64,000 nt of DNA from a virus, in the IMG/VR virus record IMGVR_UViG_3300045988_159911. The stretch is one strand, 5' to 3'. This document shows positions 55,839-63,921 of the stretch, in pieces. Under the pieces are notes generated by a model that was not told the DNA's origin, did not search any database, and worked only from the letters and a program-made list of their open reading frames with translations. Position numbers and translations under genes: made by a program. The stretch's first letter is position 1; each line of letters starts with the position of its first letter.

Positions 55839-57348
55839 GTGCTTCCTCCTTTTTCTTTTGCTTTTCCGCATCTTGTGCCTCCAACCACTTCACTGCATCC
55901 AGAGGCGTTGCGGTAGAACCATCGGGCATCTGGATAATCTTGCCCACATCGTTTGCACAAATCTTCTGCATGAAGAAAGTACCCGTGTTGGCTTCAGTAA
56001 AGTTAGCATTCGTAGCAGACGCGCAACAATTGCTAACCGCAGCAACATAGTCGCGATTAACCATTGCTCTTCTGATATACGACTCGTTATTACCAAGGCA
56101 ACCATAAACCTGAATGTGCTGATTAGGAACATGGTCTACAAGGATTTCCGCCGGATAATTGTAGTTTCTAAGACCATAGTAACCACCGTTTGCGAAGTTC
56201 AAACGGTATGCGGCACATACACGAAGCTTCAGAACCTCATCAAGGAACAAAGCTTTAACCAGACGATGGATACGCTCGTCTGTCATTTCTTTGTTCTGAT
56301 ACTTGCCATGTGTCTCATAATGGCGATAGAAGAAGCTTTTGCCAAACTTATCCAAAGCAGTTTCGACCACTTCCGGATCATAGCTGGAAATCGTAGTTTC
56401 TACGATAAACTCAATTTCGCCGCCACTAACACGAACAAGGTTCAACGATTTATTACAGAGAAAATATTCCATAAACTCCGTATCTTCGCCATTATCCCCG
56501 TCGCCTCGTATCTTAGCGATCAAACCCAATTCCTGAGTAGTAAGGTCTGAAATCTGCACATACAGGTCGCGGAACTGCTGCTCCAATCGCTCCAGACGAT
56601 TGCGGTTGTCCGTAATCTGCCGCTGAACAGCCTGAAGTTTGTCCTTTTCAAAGGCATTCTCAAAACCACGGAGCATATTGCGAACTGCCTGCGTTCTGAA
56701 ATCAAACTTCTTAGCGAATTGTTCAATCAGCTCGGTATAATCAGGAGCATAACGCTTGGTGAGGGAACGGATCAGCGCAACCTCTTCGTCGTTGAAGGGG
56801 TTTTCGCGTACATACCAGGGCATATAGCGGGGAATCAGAGACTGCAACAGGTGCCATCTCTTGATATCCAGCTTTTCAACGAAAATCAGAACGGACTTAC
56901 GCTCCTCGCTGATGAACACCCGGGCGCGAACCTTGCCGTTCTGTTCCAGAAACTTAGATACATCGGGCAGAGCGATAAAAGCATTGCCCAGTGCGGCATT
57001 TACACCGCCATTGTCGATAGCAGCGAAGCTTGCGGTGTTGCCCTCTTCGTCACCATCAAAAGTGTGAATATGCAGAGCACCGGGAACTGCAGACATAATA
57101 TCGGTATTTCTCAGGAATGCACGGACGCAATCCTTAGCAGTTGCTCCGTCAATTTCATACTTACCATAACGAGAGGCAGTAACGCGAAGCAAAATGGACT
57201 CTTCTTTCGGAACCCTTTTGTACATAAGGGCTCGCAAGGTCGCCAGAAAAGAGGTATCGCCTCTAAAGTCCTGCCCATTGATGTTTTGGAACAGACCATC
57301 GGCGACCTGTTTGGTGAGAGTCAGAACAGAAAGAGTTTTGTTAAACAT
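55831..57348 (-). CDS. Large hypothetical protein (505 aa) in the E1/JAB cluster; possible E2-like Cys segment
   Basis: HVPNQHIQVYGCLG weakly resembles the UBC HPN...GxxC motif. Confidence 0.3.
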   Translation of the reverse strand: MFNKTLSVLTLTKQVADGLFQNINGQDFRGDTSFLATLRALMYKRVPKEESILLRVTASRYGKYEIDGATAKDCVRAFLRNTDIMSAVPGALHIHTFDGDEEGNTASFAAIDNGGVNAALGNAFIALPDVSKFLEQNGKVRARVFISEERKSVLIFVEKLDIKRWHLLQSLIPRYMPWYVRENPFNDEEVALIRSLTKRYAPDYTELIEQFAKKFDFRTQAVRNMLRGFENAFEKDKLQAVQRQITDNRNRLERLEQQFRDLYVQISDLTTQELGLIAKIRGDGDNGEDTEFMEYFLCNKSLNLVRVSGGEIEFIVETTISSYDPEVVETALDKFGKSFFYRHYETHGKYQNKEMTDERIHRLVKALFLDEVLKLRVCAAYRLNFANGGYYGLRNYNYPAEILVDHVPNQHIQVYGCLGNNESYIRRAMVNRDYVAAVSNCCASATNANFTEANTGTFFMQKICANDVGKIIQMPDGSTATPLDAVKWLEAQDAEKQKKKEEAHE

Positions 57349-57418
57349 AGCCTGCTCCTTTACTCAATGATTAAGGGCACCCACCGTATTTCAGATGGGT
57401 GCCCCAGCCGATATGTAA

Positions 57419-57661
57419 TTAGGCGTTGTCAGCCTTAACGACATTGAGCAGGAAGCACTTGTCGTGACCCTCAGTGCCGTCGTAGCCGAAGTCGGCAAAA
57501 GTCTTGTTCAGGTCGCCGGGGCCGAGAGTGGAACCATCCAGAGTGGTCATGCCGGAGGTGTAGTCGATGCCGGCCTGTTCCATAGCAGCACGCAGGGTGG
57601 TATCAGGGGTATAGTTCTCAGAGGAACGCTTCAGGTTGTTACCAATAGTGACACGGATCAT
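57419..57661 (-). CDS. Small protein (80 aa), possible beta-grasp fold
   Basis: MIRVTIGNN... has a beta-grasp-like N-terminus, but there is no C-terminal GG. Confidence 0.3.
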   Translation of the reverse strand: MIRVTIGNNLKRSSENYTPDTTLRAAMEQAGIDYTSGMTTLDGSTLGPGDLNKTFADFGYDGTEGHDKCFLLNVVKADNA

Positions 57662-57757
57662 AATGATTTCTCCTTTTTATTCATCAGATTTTGTTTGTGA
57701 AACTTGAATTTGGTTAGGAGCTGGGCGGTTTGCCCGCCCAACCCCAAGCTGCTTTAC

Positions 57758-58159
57758 TTAGCAGGCAACGGTGATGCACTCGCGAACCGCAGCCTTCTCA
57801 GCAGCGACAGCGTTGACGGCATCCTCGAACTGAGCCTCGACCTGGTTCAGCATGGTGATAGCCTTACCGATCTTCTCGGCAGCGTAGTCGACCGCATTGG
57901 CGGTGCCGGCAGGGATGGGCATGGTGATGGAAGCCAGCTTCTGATCGTCGTGAGTGACGGAAGCGAACACCGCACCATTACCGTTGATGACACCAGTGCT
58001 GCCGGAAGCGACACGGAAAACCTCGGACTTGTTGCCGTCCTCGTCGCGCTCGTACAGACGCAGTGCCTTGGGGCGATACTTCTCCAGATCCTTGATTGCC
58101 TCCAGAGTCTTGCTGGAAGTGATGACGATGGAGTCGCCAGCGATAGTGATTTTTGCCAT
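57758..58159 (-). CDS. Hypothetical protein
   Basis: 133-aa ORF. Confidence 0.35.
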   Translation of the reverse strand: MAKITIAGDSIVITSSKTLEAIKDLEKYRPKALRLYERDEDGNKSEVFRVASGSTGVINGNGAVFASVTHDDQKLASITMPIPAGTANAVDYAAEKIGKAITMLNQVEAQFEDAVNAVAAEKAAVRECITVAC

Positions 58160-58328
58160 AGTGAAATCTTCCTTTCTGTTCTGGGCTTTGCCCGATTTGA
58201 ATTATGTATTCCGTTTGCTTGAACCTTGCGGTTCTCCCCGCCCTGAACTTGCAGAGAATGGTTATCTGCGGAAGTGGAACCATTCAGGACATGAAAACCC
58301 CGCAACCTGTTGGCTACGGGGTGTGCTA

Positions 58329-58553
58329 TCAGTCATACATCTCGATATCTTTCGTATTTTCGTTGGCAATAGTTACGATGCCATTGTCTTCCGTCACATA
58401 GACCTCAATGCCACTATTCGGAAAACTCCAGATATCACGATGAGCATGGTTGTAATTGTGTCGGTCATACCACGAAACATCTATGTCGAGCTCACTATTT
58501 TCATCAAACTCTTTGAGTTTCTCTATAAGTTGACCTACGGTTTTTATGCTCAT
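58329..58553 (-). CDS. Hypothetical small protein
   Basis: 74-aa ORF. Confidence 0.3.
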   Translation of the reverse strand: MSIKTVGQLIEKLKEFDENSELDIDVSWYDRHNYNHAHRDIWSFPNSGIEVYVTEDNGIVTIANENTKDIEMYD

Positions 58554-58798
58554 ACCGACACCCCTCTCCGTATCAACTCCTGCTTGAACTCATCACGACG
58601 CTTTGCAGTCGTAATGTAAATCCCGTAAGCGTAGCTTGTACCGGTGCCAATGTGCCTTGCATCAGAACTATACTTGGTATAGGCAATGTACAGCAGGTCT
58701 GTTGGAAAATCCGAAGCGGGGATATCGTGATGGCGAGCCATTCTTGTTGCTTCTTCAAACTGAGAAGCAGAGCACTCAAGATAGTTAAGCATCAGCAC
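58550..58798 (-). CDS. Hypothetical small protein
   Basis: 82-aa ORF overlapping the stop of its neighbour. Confidence 0.3.
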   Translation of the reverse strand: MLMLNYLECSASQFEEATRMARHHDIPASDFPTDLLYIAYTKYSSDARHIGTGTSYAYGIYITTAKRRDEFKQELIRRGVSV

Positions 58799-59168
58799 AC
58801 CTCACTTTCATGTATTGAGGATAGTCGCATGGAAGATTTCTCAGAAACAACCAAAGGAATGTGTCAATGGTCATGGTGTACTCTCTTGGATACACTTCAA
58901 TAACAGAAATTCCTCTTGTTGCTCGAACTACCTTAACCATTCCGGCTACAAGATACGCATTGTAGATTTGTGGATCATCTTTTCGTCTGAAGTTTTTAAT
59001 AGAGCCGTAACGCTCCAGTCTTTCCCATGCGGTCATACCGTAATTACTTGGATAATTCGGATACCTAAGCAACTCAGCCATGTCAAACACCTCACGAATG
59101 AGACGGGACACCGAAGAGTAACCCCGTTTTCTTTTGCTCTGGATATGAGCTATAATCAAATCCCTCAA
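58785..59168 (-). CDS. Hypothetical protein
   Basis: 127-aa ORF. Confidence 0.3.
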   Translation of the reverse strand: MRDLIIAHIQSKRKRGYSSVSRLIREVFDMAELLRYPNYPSNYGMTAWERLERYGSIKNFRRKDDPQIYNAYLVAGMVKVVRATRGISVIEVYPREYTMTIDTFLWLFLRNLPCDYPQYMKVRCADA

Positions 59169-59325
59169 GTTGGCACGAGGGGATAAGGCGCTCTATACCA
59201 TCGCTACATACACAGATTGCGATACCAGGGTCTTCAGTCCACTCTTTGAACTCTGCCGTGTATTTTGCATATCCTTTAAGGCTACGGCAGTAAAAACCAT
59301 TGTACTCAAATTTTTTGACACGCAT
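59092..59325 (-). CDS. Hypothetical small protein
   Basis: 77-aa ORF. Confidence 0.25.
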   Translation of the reverse strand: MRVKKFEYNGFYCRSLKGYAKYTAEFKEWTEDPGIAICVCSDGIERLIPSCQLEGFDYSSYPEQKKTGLLFGVPSHS

Positions 59326-59339
59326 ATTATCACCATCCC

Positions 59340-59840
59340 TTATCCAGCCGCCAGAATGGCATCGAAATCATTTTGGTTTATTTCTGGGGAGTACACATCG
59401 GAAAATGTGCTTCCTGTCCCGGGGAGAGAAAACAGCCATTCCAAAACATCAAGCGGAACTTCTTCTTTGAGCCATGCAGTTCCGTATCTGTATCCGCCAT
59501 CGATCAAAAGATTGATACTTTCGAGCATCTTGCAGGCGCCATGATAACTCGGATCGTCGGCGGTCGGGCGCCACTTGCGAACCGCTTCTTCTTGCTTTGG
59601 CGTGCCGGCTCTCATATCGTTGAGGTGCCAACGCTGCCAAGCTTGCTTCAAGCGGAAGCAATCCTTTCTCGTGAACCCATAAGCAGGATTGTCTTTGGTT
59701 AGGTATTCGTAAACCTGACCAGAACCATGTCTGCCAGAACCGACAAGAGAAAGCCGTCCGTCAGCTCTATAGGTTATTGTGACCTTCATAGAGGTTGTGG
59801 GCTGAATAACTCGTCTAAATACTTCCGTCAAGTTCTTCAT
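59340..59840 (-). CDS. Hypothetical protein
   Basis: 166-aa ORF. Confidence 0.35.
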   Translation of the reverse strand: MKNLTEVFRRVIQPTTSMKVTITYRADGRLSLVGSGRHGSGQVYEYLTKDNPAYGFTRKDCFRLKQAWQRWHLNDMRAGTPKQEEAVRKWRPTADDPSYHGACKMLESINLLIDGGYRYGTAWLKEEVPLDVLEWLFSLPGTGSTFSDVYSPEINQNDFDAILAAG

Positions 59841-60012
59841 ACACCTCCCTCATGTTGTCAGCGCTGAACTGAAACACACCGTTGAGGAAAACCTCAATGT
59901 GCTCACGAACCCATCTGATTTCGTACATAAGATTTCCTCCTTTTCCTCTTTGGTGAGATGGCTCTTTTTCTGCGTTGAAAATACAGAGATTCTTTTTAAG
60001 GGTGACACCCCG

Positions 60013-60050
60013 AAAACCCGCATGAACACGGGCTTTTCTTTTTATTTTGC
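60013..60050. terminator. Weak bidirectional terminator-like hairpin
   Basis: AAAACCCGcatgaacaCGGGCTTTTCTTTTTATTTT. Confidence 0.35.
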
Positions 60051-60082
60051 GACCGGAGTCGTCGCAAAACCGTTTCGGTCTG

Positions 60083-60134
60083 CTCTGCATTTACACGGGC
60101 TTGCAACCGTTTTGGAAACCCAAAGCTGCATTAG
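60083..60134 (-). repeat. Conserved-flank, covarying-hairpin motif, copy A
   Basis: CTCTGCATTTACACGGGCTTGCAACCG, hairpin TTTGGaaacCCAAA, then GCTGCATTAG. Confidence 0.45.
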
Positions 60135-60214
60135 ACCAGGCGGGAAACCGCCTGACCGTAGAAAGGAAAGGAAGCCGAAAGCCAAAGCATTCAGCAAAAG
60201 TCGCCATGTGGCGA

Positions 60215-60303
60215 TGGCGGAGAGGGTGGGATTCGAACCCACGGAGGTTTTACCCTCGCCGGTTTTCAAGACCGGTTCCTTAAACCAGCTCGAACACCTC
60301 TCC
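60215..60303 (-). tRNA. tRNA-Ser(TGA), type II
   Basis: ...GGAACCGGTCTTGAAAACCGGCGAGGG...GGGTTCGAATCCCACCCTCTCCGCCA, similar to E. coli tRNA-Ser(TGA). Confidence 0.75.
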
Positions 60304-60307
60304 TTAT

Positions 60308-60535
60308 TCAATAGATGGCGACCGTTTTGGTGAACAGAAGATACAGACCCAGGGGAGCAGTCAGCAGAACTGCGGTTGCATCTTTATCTTCAACCGTGGT
60401 TCCCTGAGAAGCTATGTAAATGAGCAGGATGCTCATGGCGATCAGCGCCAAACCATAAAGCTTCTGGATAAACAGCTTCTTGCGACGGATCTGATTGCGG
60501 GTTCTCTTACTAACAGCTTGCGTGCTCATTTTCAA
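60308..60535 (-). CDS. Small two-helix membrane protein
   Basis: 75 aa with LALIAMSILLIYIA and LLTAPLGLYLLF helices. Confidence 0.3.
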   Translation of the reverse strand: MKMSTQAVSKRTRNQIRRKKLFIQKLYGLALIAMSILLIYIASQGTTVEDKDATAVLLTAPLGLYLLFTKTVAIY

Positions 60536-61026
60536 ACCTCCTCAGAATACGGATACTGAATAACTTTGTCCCCATCAACGATGGGGTGACGAATGGAAAA
60601 CCCATATGCGTCGTAGAGATATTCCTCAAACGCAGATGCGATTTCCTCAATGCAGTCATCATCGAAGCACTCGTCCGGTTCGCACTCCAACAGAACGGAG
60701 AGGTAATCAATGGTTGCGCTGTGGATTTCTCCAAGTCGGTCAAGGTCTTCTGCATCCAAAACCTCATCGCTATCGGTTTCGCAGATGTAGAGATTGAGAA
60801 GCTGCGAGTAAACCTTTTCGATTTCAGCTTCAGAACTTGCTTTGGCTTCGTATTCAACGACTCCGTCCACTTCAACCGTGAAGTAAGGCAAACCCTCTTC
60901 CTCGGTGATGTAAACCTCGGCGCTAACCTCTGCTTCATCAGCGACCAAGCGATATTCGCTCTGCAGGGCAAACCGATTTTCGTTGTAGAACTTTCGGATC
61001 TCGCCAACAGATACAATCGCTGCCAT
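60532..61026 (-). CDS. Hypothetical acidic protein
   Basis: Internal ATG 61026 with RBS AAAAGGAGGTG gives MAAIVSVGEI... Confidence 0.4.
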   Translation of the reverse strand: MAAIVSVGEIRKFYNENRFALQSEYRLVADEAEVSAEVYITEEEGLPYFTVEVDGVVEYEAKASSEAEIEKVYSQLLNLYICETDSDEVLDAEDLDRLGEIHSATIDYLSVLLECEPDECFDDDCIEEIASAFEEYLYDAYGFSIRHPIVDGDKVIQYPYSEEV

Positions 61027-61065
61027 CTGAACACCTCCTTTTCCTGTTAAATTCAAAACTTTCCA

Positions 61066-61111
61066 CTCTGCATTTCTCATGCGGGCTTGTGACCGCCATT
61101 GGCTGCATTAG
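61066..61111 (-). repeat. Conserved-flank, covarying-hairpin motif, copy B
   Basis: CTCTGCATTTCTCATGCGGGCTTGTGACCG, hairpin GCCAttGGC, then TGCATTAG. Confidence 0.45.
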
Positions 61112-61337
61112 AAAACCCCTCTTGAGAACAGGTAAGCAGCCGATTCACAAGAGGGGAATTTCCCCCGCGTTCAGGTGTTAATGCGGGATTGTTTAATCAA
61201 TCATAAACTTTAATCATTTGGATAACACCTGCCCAAAGCAAGAGGTCAGCGCTAACCCCTCACTCTCCGCATTTCGGGAATCTTTTCGCATACGGTACGC
61301 CGCGTCAAGGCTCGTCGCGGAAAACCCTGCCAGGGAT

Positions 61338-61410
61338 GTGACATGAGCAAGGCTCGAACTTGCGACACGCCGGTCATATCCGGCTGCTCTACCGACTGAG
61401 CTATCATGCC
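61338..61410 (-). tRNA. tRNA-like gene, putative anticodon TAT (Ile-AUA?), with a non-canonical G32-A33 anticodon loop
   Basis: GGCATGATAGCTCAGTCGGTAGAGCA-GCCGG-GATATGA-CCGGC-GTGTC-GCAAGTTCGAGCCTTGC-TCATGTCA. The acceptor, D, anticodon and T stems are all perfect, but the loop lacks U33 and no CCA is encoded. Confidence 0.4.
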
Positions 61411-61625
61411 ATAGCAGGAGAAGCGTGAACTTTTGCCAAAGCCTCCAGAGCCTCAAAACTCTCTACGACGGTTTTGTGAGCGCAGGCAATCGCACAACGA
61501 TCACAGTCAATGTGCATACCGCGATTACAGCACACATTGCAGGAGTAACGGAAACTTCCTTGTGCTTTTCGCTTACTGGTCGCGCCGTACTGAATTTCGA
61601 CACCGATTTCTTCAAATCTGGTCAT
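61404..61625 (-). CDS. Small Cys-rich protein
   Basis: ATG 61625 with RBS AAAGGAG gives MTRFEEIGVE...CNVCCNRGMHIDCDRCAIAC. Confidence 0.35.
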   Translation of the reverse strand: MTRFEEIGVEIQYGATSKRKAQGSFRYSCNVCCNRGMHIDCDRCAIACAHKTVVESFEALEALAKVHASPAMA

Positions 61626-61913
61626 CGTAACAACTCCTTTCGTATTGAATTTTGAAACCTGGGAGACGCGCTCCACCGACCGCCATTGTGGCGGTTATCG
61701 TCTTAATTTTCAAAGACTCATCAGGGTGGCTCTACCCACGGCAACAAAAGGAGCAAGGCAAATTGTTTTCTGTTTGAGAACTTGTCTGCCTCTGCACACT
61801 TGCGAGGAGATTACAAGTCGGTTTAATTCATAAGACCTTGCAGCTTTCGTTTTCCGTTTTTGGGCATAAAAAAGACCCTCCAGAGAAACCGGAAGGTCTT
61901 GATAGGGAAAAGC

Positions 61914-62300
61914 TTATTCAGTTGTTTTGAAAACGCCCTTAACCGTTACGGACGCTCTAACGGTGCCGTCATTCAACGGCAAAATCTCGAATGTGTTGCA
62001 TCTGCTCAAAACCTCTTTGAGCCTCAAAGCTCCATCCTTGTCCAGGTGGATCGCAGGAACTTCAACGGTAACGCTTCCAGAGGTAAAGTTCGGGAACAGC
62101 TTCAGCTCCGGCAGAGTTCCAATCAGGCTGGAAACCTCAGTGAAAACCTGGCTCAAAACCTCATACCGTTCCGGGACAATTTCCTTGTTCTCATTGCCCT
62201 CGGTCACAGCGGAATACAACAAGGCTTCAAAAACCTCGCCAAACTCGTACAGATTTCTCACACTCCTCTCGTTTTTCAAATCGTGCTTATTATAGCACAA
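61914..62300 (-). CDS. Hypothetical protein; start uncertain (non-ATG), ORF as given in the track
   Basis: 128-aa ORF beginning at a TTG. A sigma-70-like promoter overlaps its 5' end, so the true start is downstream. Confidence 0.3.
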   Translation of the reverse strand: MCYNKHDLKNERSVRNLYEFGEVFEALLYSAVTEGNENKEIVPERYEVLSQVFTEVSSLIGTLPELKLFPNFTSGSVTVEVPAIHLDKDGALRLKEVLSRCNTFEILPLNDGTVRASVTVKGVFKTTE

Positions 62301-62317
62301 ATCGGATCGTTTTTCAA
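62289..62317 (-). promoter_or_regulatory. Sigma-70-like promoter (TTGAAA, 17 nt, TATAAT) on the minus strand
   Basis: Minus strand reads TTGAAAaacgatccgatttgtgcTATAAT, lying 17 nt downstream of repeat copy C. Confidence 0.5.
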
Positions 62318-62333
62318 TTCAAGACCCTGCCCA

Positions 62334-62388
62334 CTCTGCGTTTACACGGACTTGTGACCGTTTGCAAAACCTTTGCAAGTCGCATTAG
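62334..62388 (-). repeat. Conserved-flank, covarying-hairpin motif, copy C
   Basis: CTCTGCGTTTACACGGACTTGTGACCG, hairpin TTGCAAaaccTTTGCAA, then GTCGCATTAG. Confidence 0.45.
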
Positions 62389-62422
62389 GCGCGGAGAGCC
62401 GAAACCCTCCGCGTTTGGGGAT

Positions 62423-63262
62423 TTATGCGGCAGCTTCAGCCTTCTTGACAACAACGGTCTCGGCTTCAGCAACCTTCTTGGAAGCCTTGGGCTTGGTCTG
62501 CTTGGCGGTTTCGGTCTTAGGTTCGGAACCTTCAGCCACATTGGAAGTGCGCTTGTGGTCGACACCGTAAGTGCCATTGGTAACTACGCGATGGAACACA
62601 TCCATCAGCAAGCTCTGGAGGATGGTGTGCTTGGAACAGATAACCCTCAGAGCGGTCTTGTTGTTCTTCTTGGCGTAACAGAGCCAGATGTAAGCCAGGT
62701 CGTGGCTGTTCACGCGACCTTCGCCTTCGGAAAGAGAGTCCAAAACCTTCTGGATGTGCTTCACGCACTGGGTATCGGAAGTCGGGGTCTTGCCAAGGTC
62801 GATTTCGGCAGCCAGTTTATCCATGCTATAACTGTCGTCGATGGATTTCATTTCCTTTGCGGAAACCCCAAGCTCGGTGGCAGCCTTGAGGGTCAGGCGC
62901 TTGTTAAGAGCCTGCATCTCATAGAACCAACCCATGTCCAGGCTCTTGTACTCGCAGAACTTGCGGAGGTCAATCTGAACCATACGCTCAGACTTTTCGA
63001 CGCCGGTCATAACGCCGTCCTCGGAGATCTTCTTGTGGGAAATGGTGGTGAAGTGGTGCTGCACGAGTGCTTCGTGAACATCAGCACAAGAAGCGAAAAC
63101 CTCCTTCTCACGAAGGGCGCGGTAATCGTTCTCGATGTTCTTCAGCTCGGTAAGCTTGCCCTCAACCTCTGCGGCGGTGCCTTTGGCACAAATCTTGTTG
63201 ACCTCGGCGATTTTCGCCTCATAATCGGCAAGAAGTCGGGCTTTAATGTCTTTTGTTGCCAT
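62423..63262 (-). CDS. Hypothetical protein with a basic Ala/Lys-rich C-terminal tail
   Basis: 279 aa; tail KPKASKKVAEAETVVVKKAEAAA. RBS AAAGGAG. Confidence 0.4.
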   Translation of the reverse strand: MATKDIKARLLADYEAKIAEVNKICAKGTAAEVEGKLTELKNIENDYRALREKEVFASCADVHEALVQHHFTTISHKKISEDGVMTGVEKSERMVQIDLRKFCEYKSLDMGWFYEMQALNKRLTLKAATELGVSAKEMKSIDDSYSMDKLAAEIDLGKTPTSDTQCVKHIQKVLDSLSEGEGRVNSHDLAYIWLCYAKKNNKTALRVICSKHTILQSLLMDVFHRVVTNGTYGVDHKRTSNVAEGSEPKTETAKQTKPKASKKVAEAETVVVKKAEAAA

Positions 63263-63830
63263 AGTTCTTACTCCTTTATGGTTTATTTATGGGCAAGCCC
63301 ATAATGAAGCGCAGTAACCCTTGTGGAGCTACTGCGCTCGATATAGACTTGCGTAGCAAGGGCAAGCCCCTGCGCGCATAAACTTTTTGGTTGACAAATC
63401 ATGCTCGCTCAAGTAATTCCCCTGGTCGCCTTACACCTGCGCTATACACCTCCTTGAAGCTTTCACGCATAACACCCAACTCTACCACGATAGAGGCATC
63501 CTTGATACCTAAACCGCTTAACGGCTTTATCAAATGCTGCTCAGAAACCAGGCTGCATAAGTGAGCCAACACTTATTCACTTGCGCTTATTCATATCGCT
63601 CAAAGGTCATAGTGACTATAACCTATTGCCGAGAACTCAATACTACCCGCGTTCAGTATCCGCGCACTCTGAGCCTAACTCTCAGAATTTTTGGCTGACC
63701 TTCTCTTATGGCGGTTGAAGCCGCACTCGTGGTAAGAGTACCCTTCTTTTGGTGGCAAAAGTACCCCTTGTGTATGCCCATCAAGGTGGCGCGTTGGATC
63801 GCTCAACCAAGTAAAAACCTGGTCGAACCA

Positions 63831-63888
63831 CTCTGCATTTATACGGGCTTGTGACCGTTCGCCGGAAACCTCCGGCAAGCTGCATTAG
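63831..63888 (-). repeat. Conserved-flank, covarying-hairpin motif, copy D
   Basis: CTCTGCATTTATACGGGCTTGTGACCG, hairpin GCCGGaaacctCCGGC, then AAGCTGCATTAG. Confidence 0.45.
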
Positions 63889-63921
63889 TTCTTTGGGTCT
63901 TTCCGTGTGCGCTTTTGCGCT

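Noticed and set aside
62354-63304. 316-aa plus-strand ORF
   Set aside because: It is a shadow of the minus-strand gene 62423..63262, which has a strong RBS, a clean ATG and a coherent protein.
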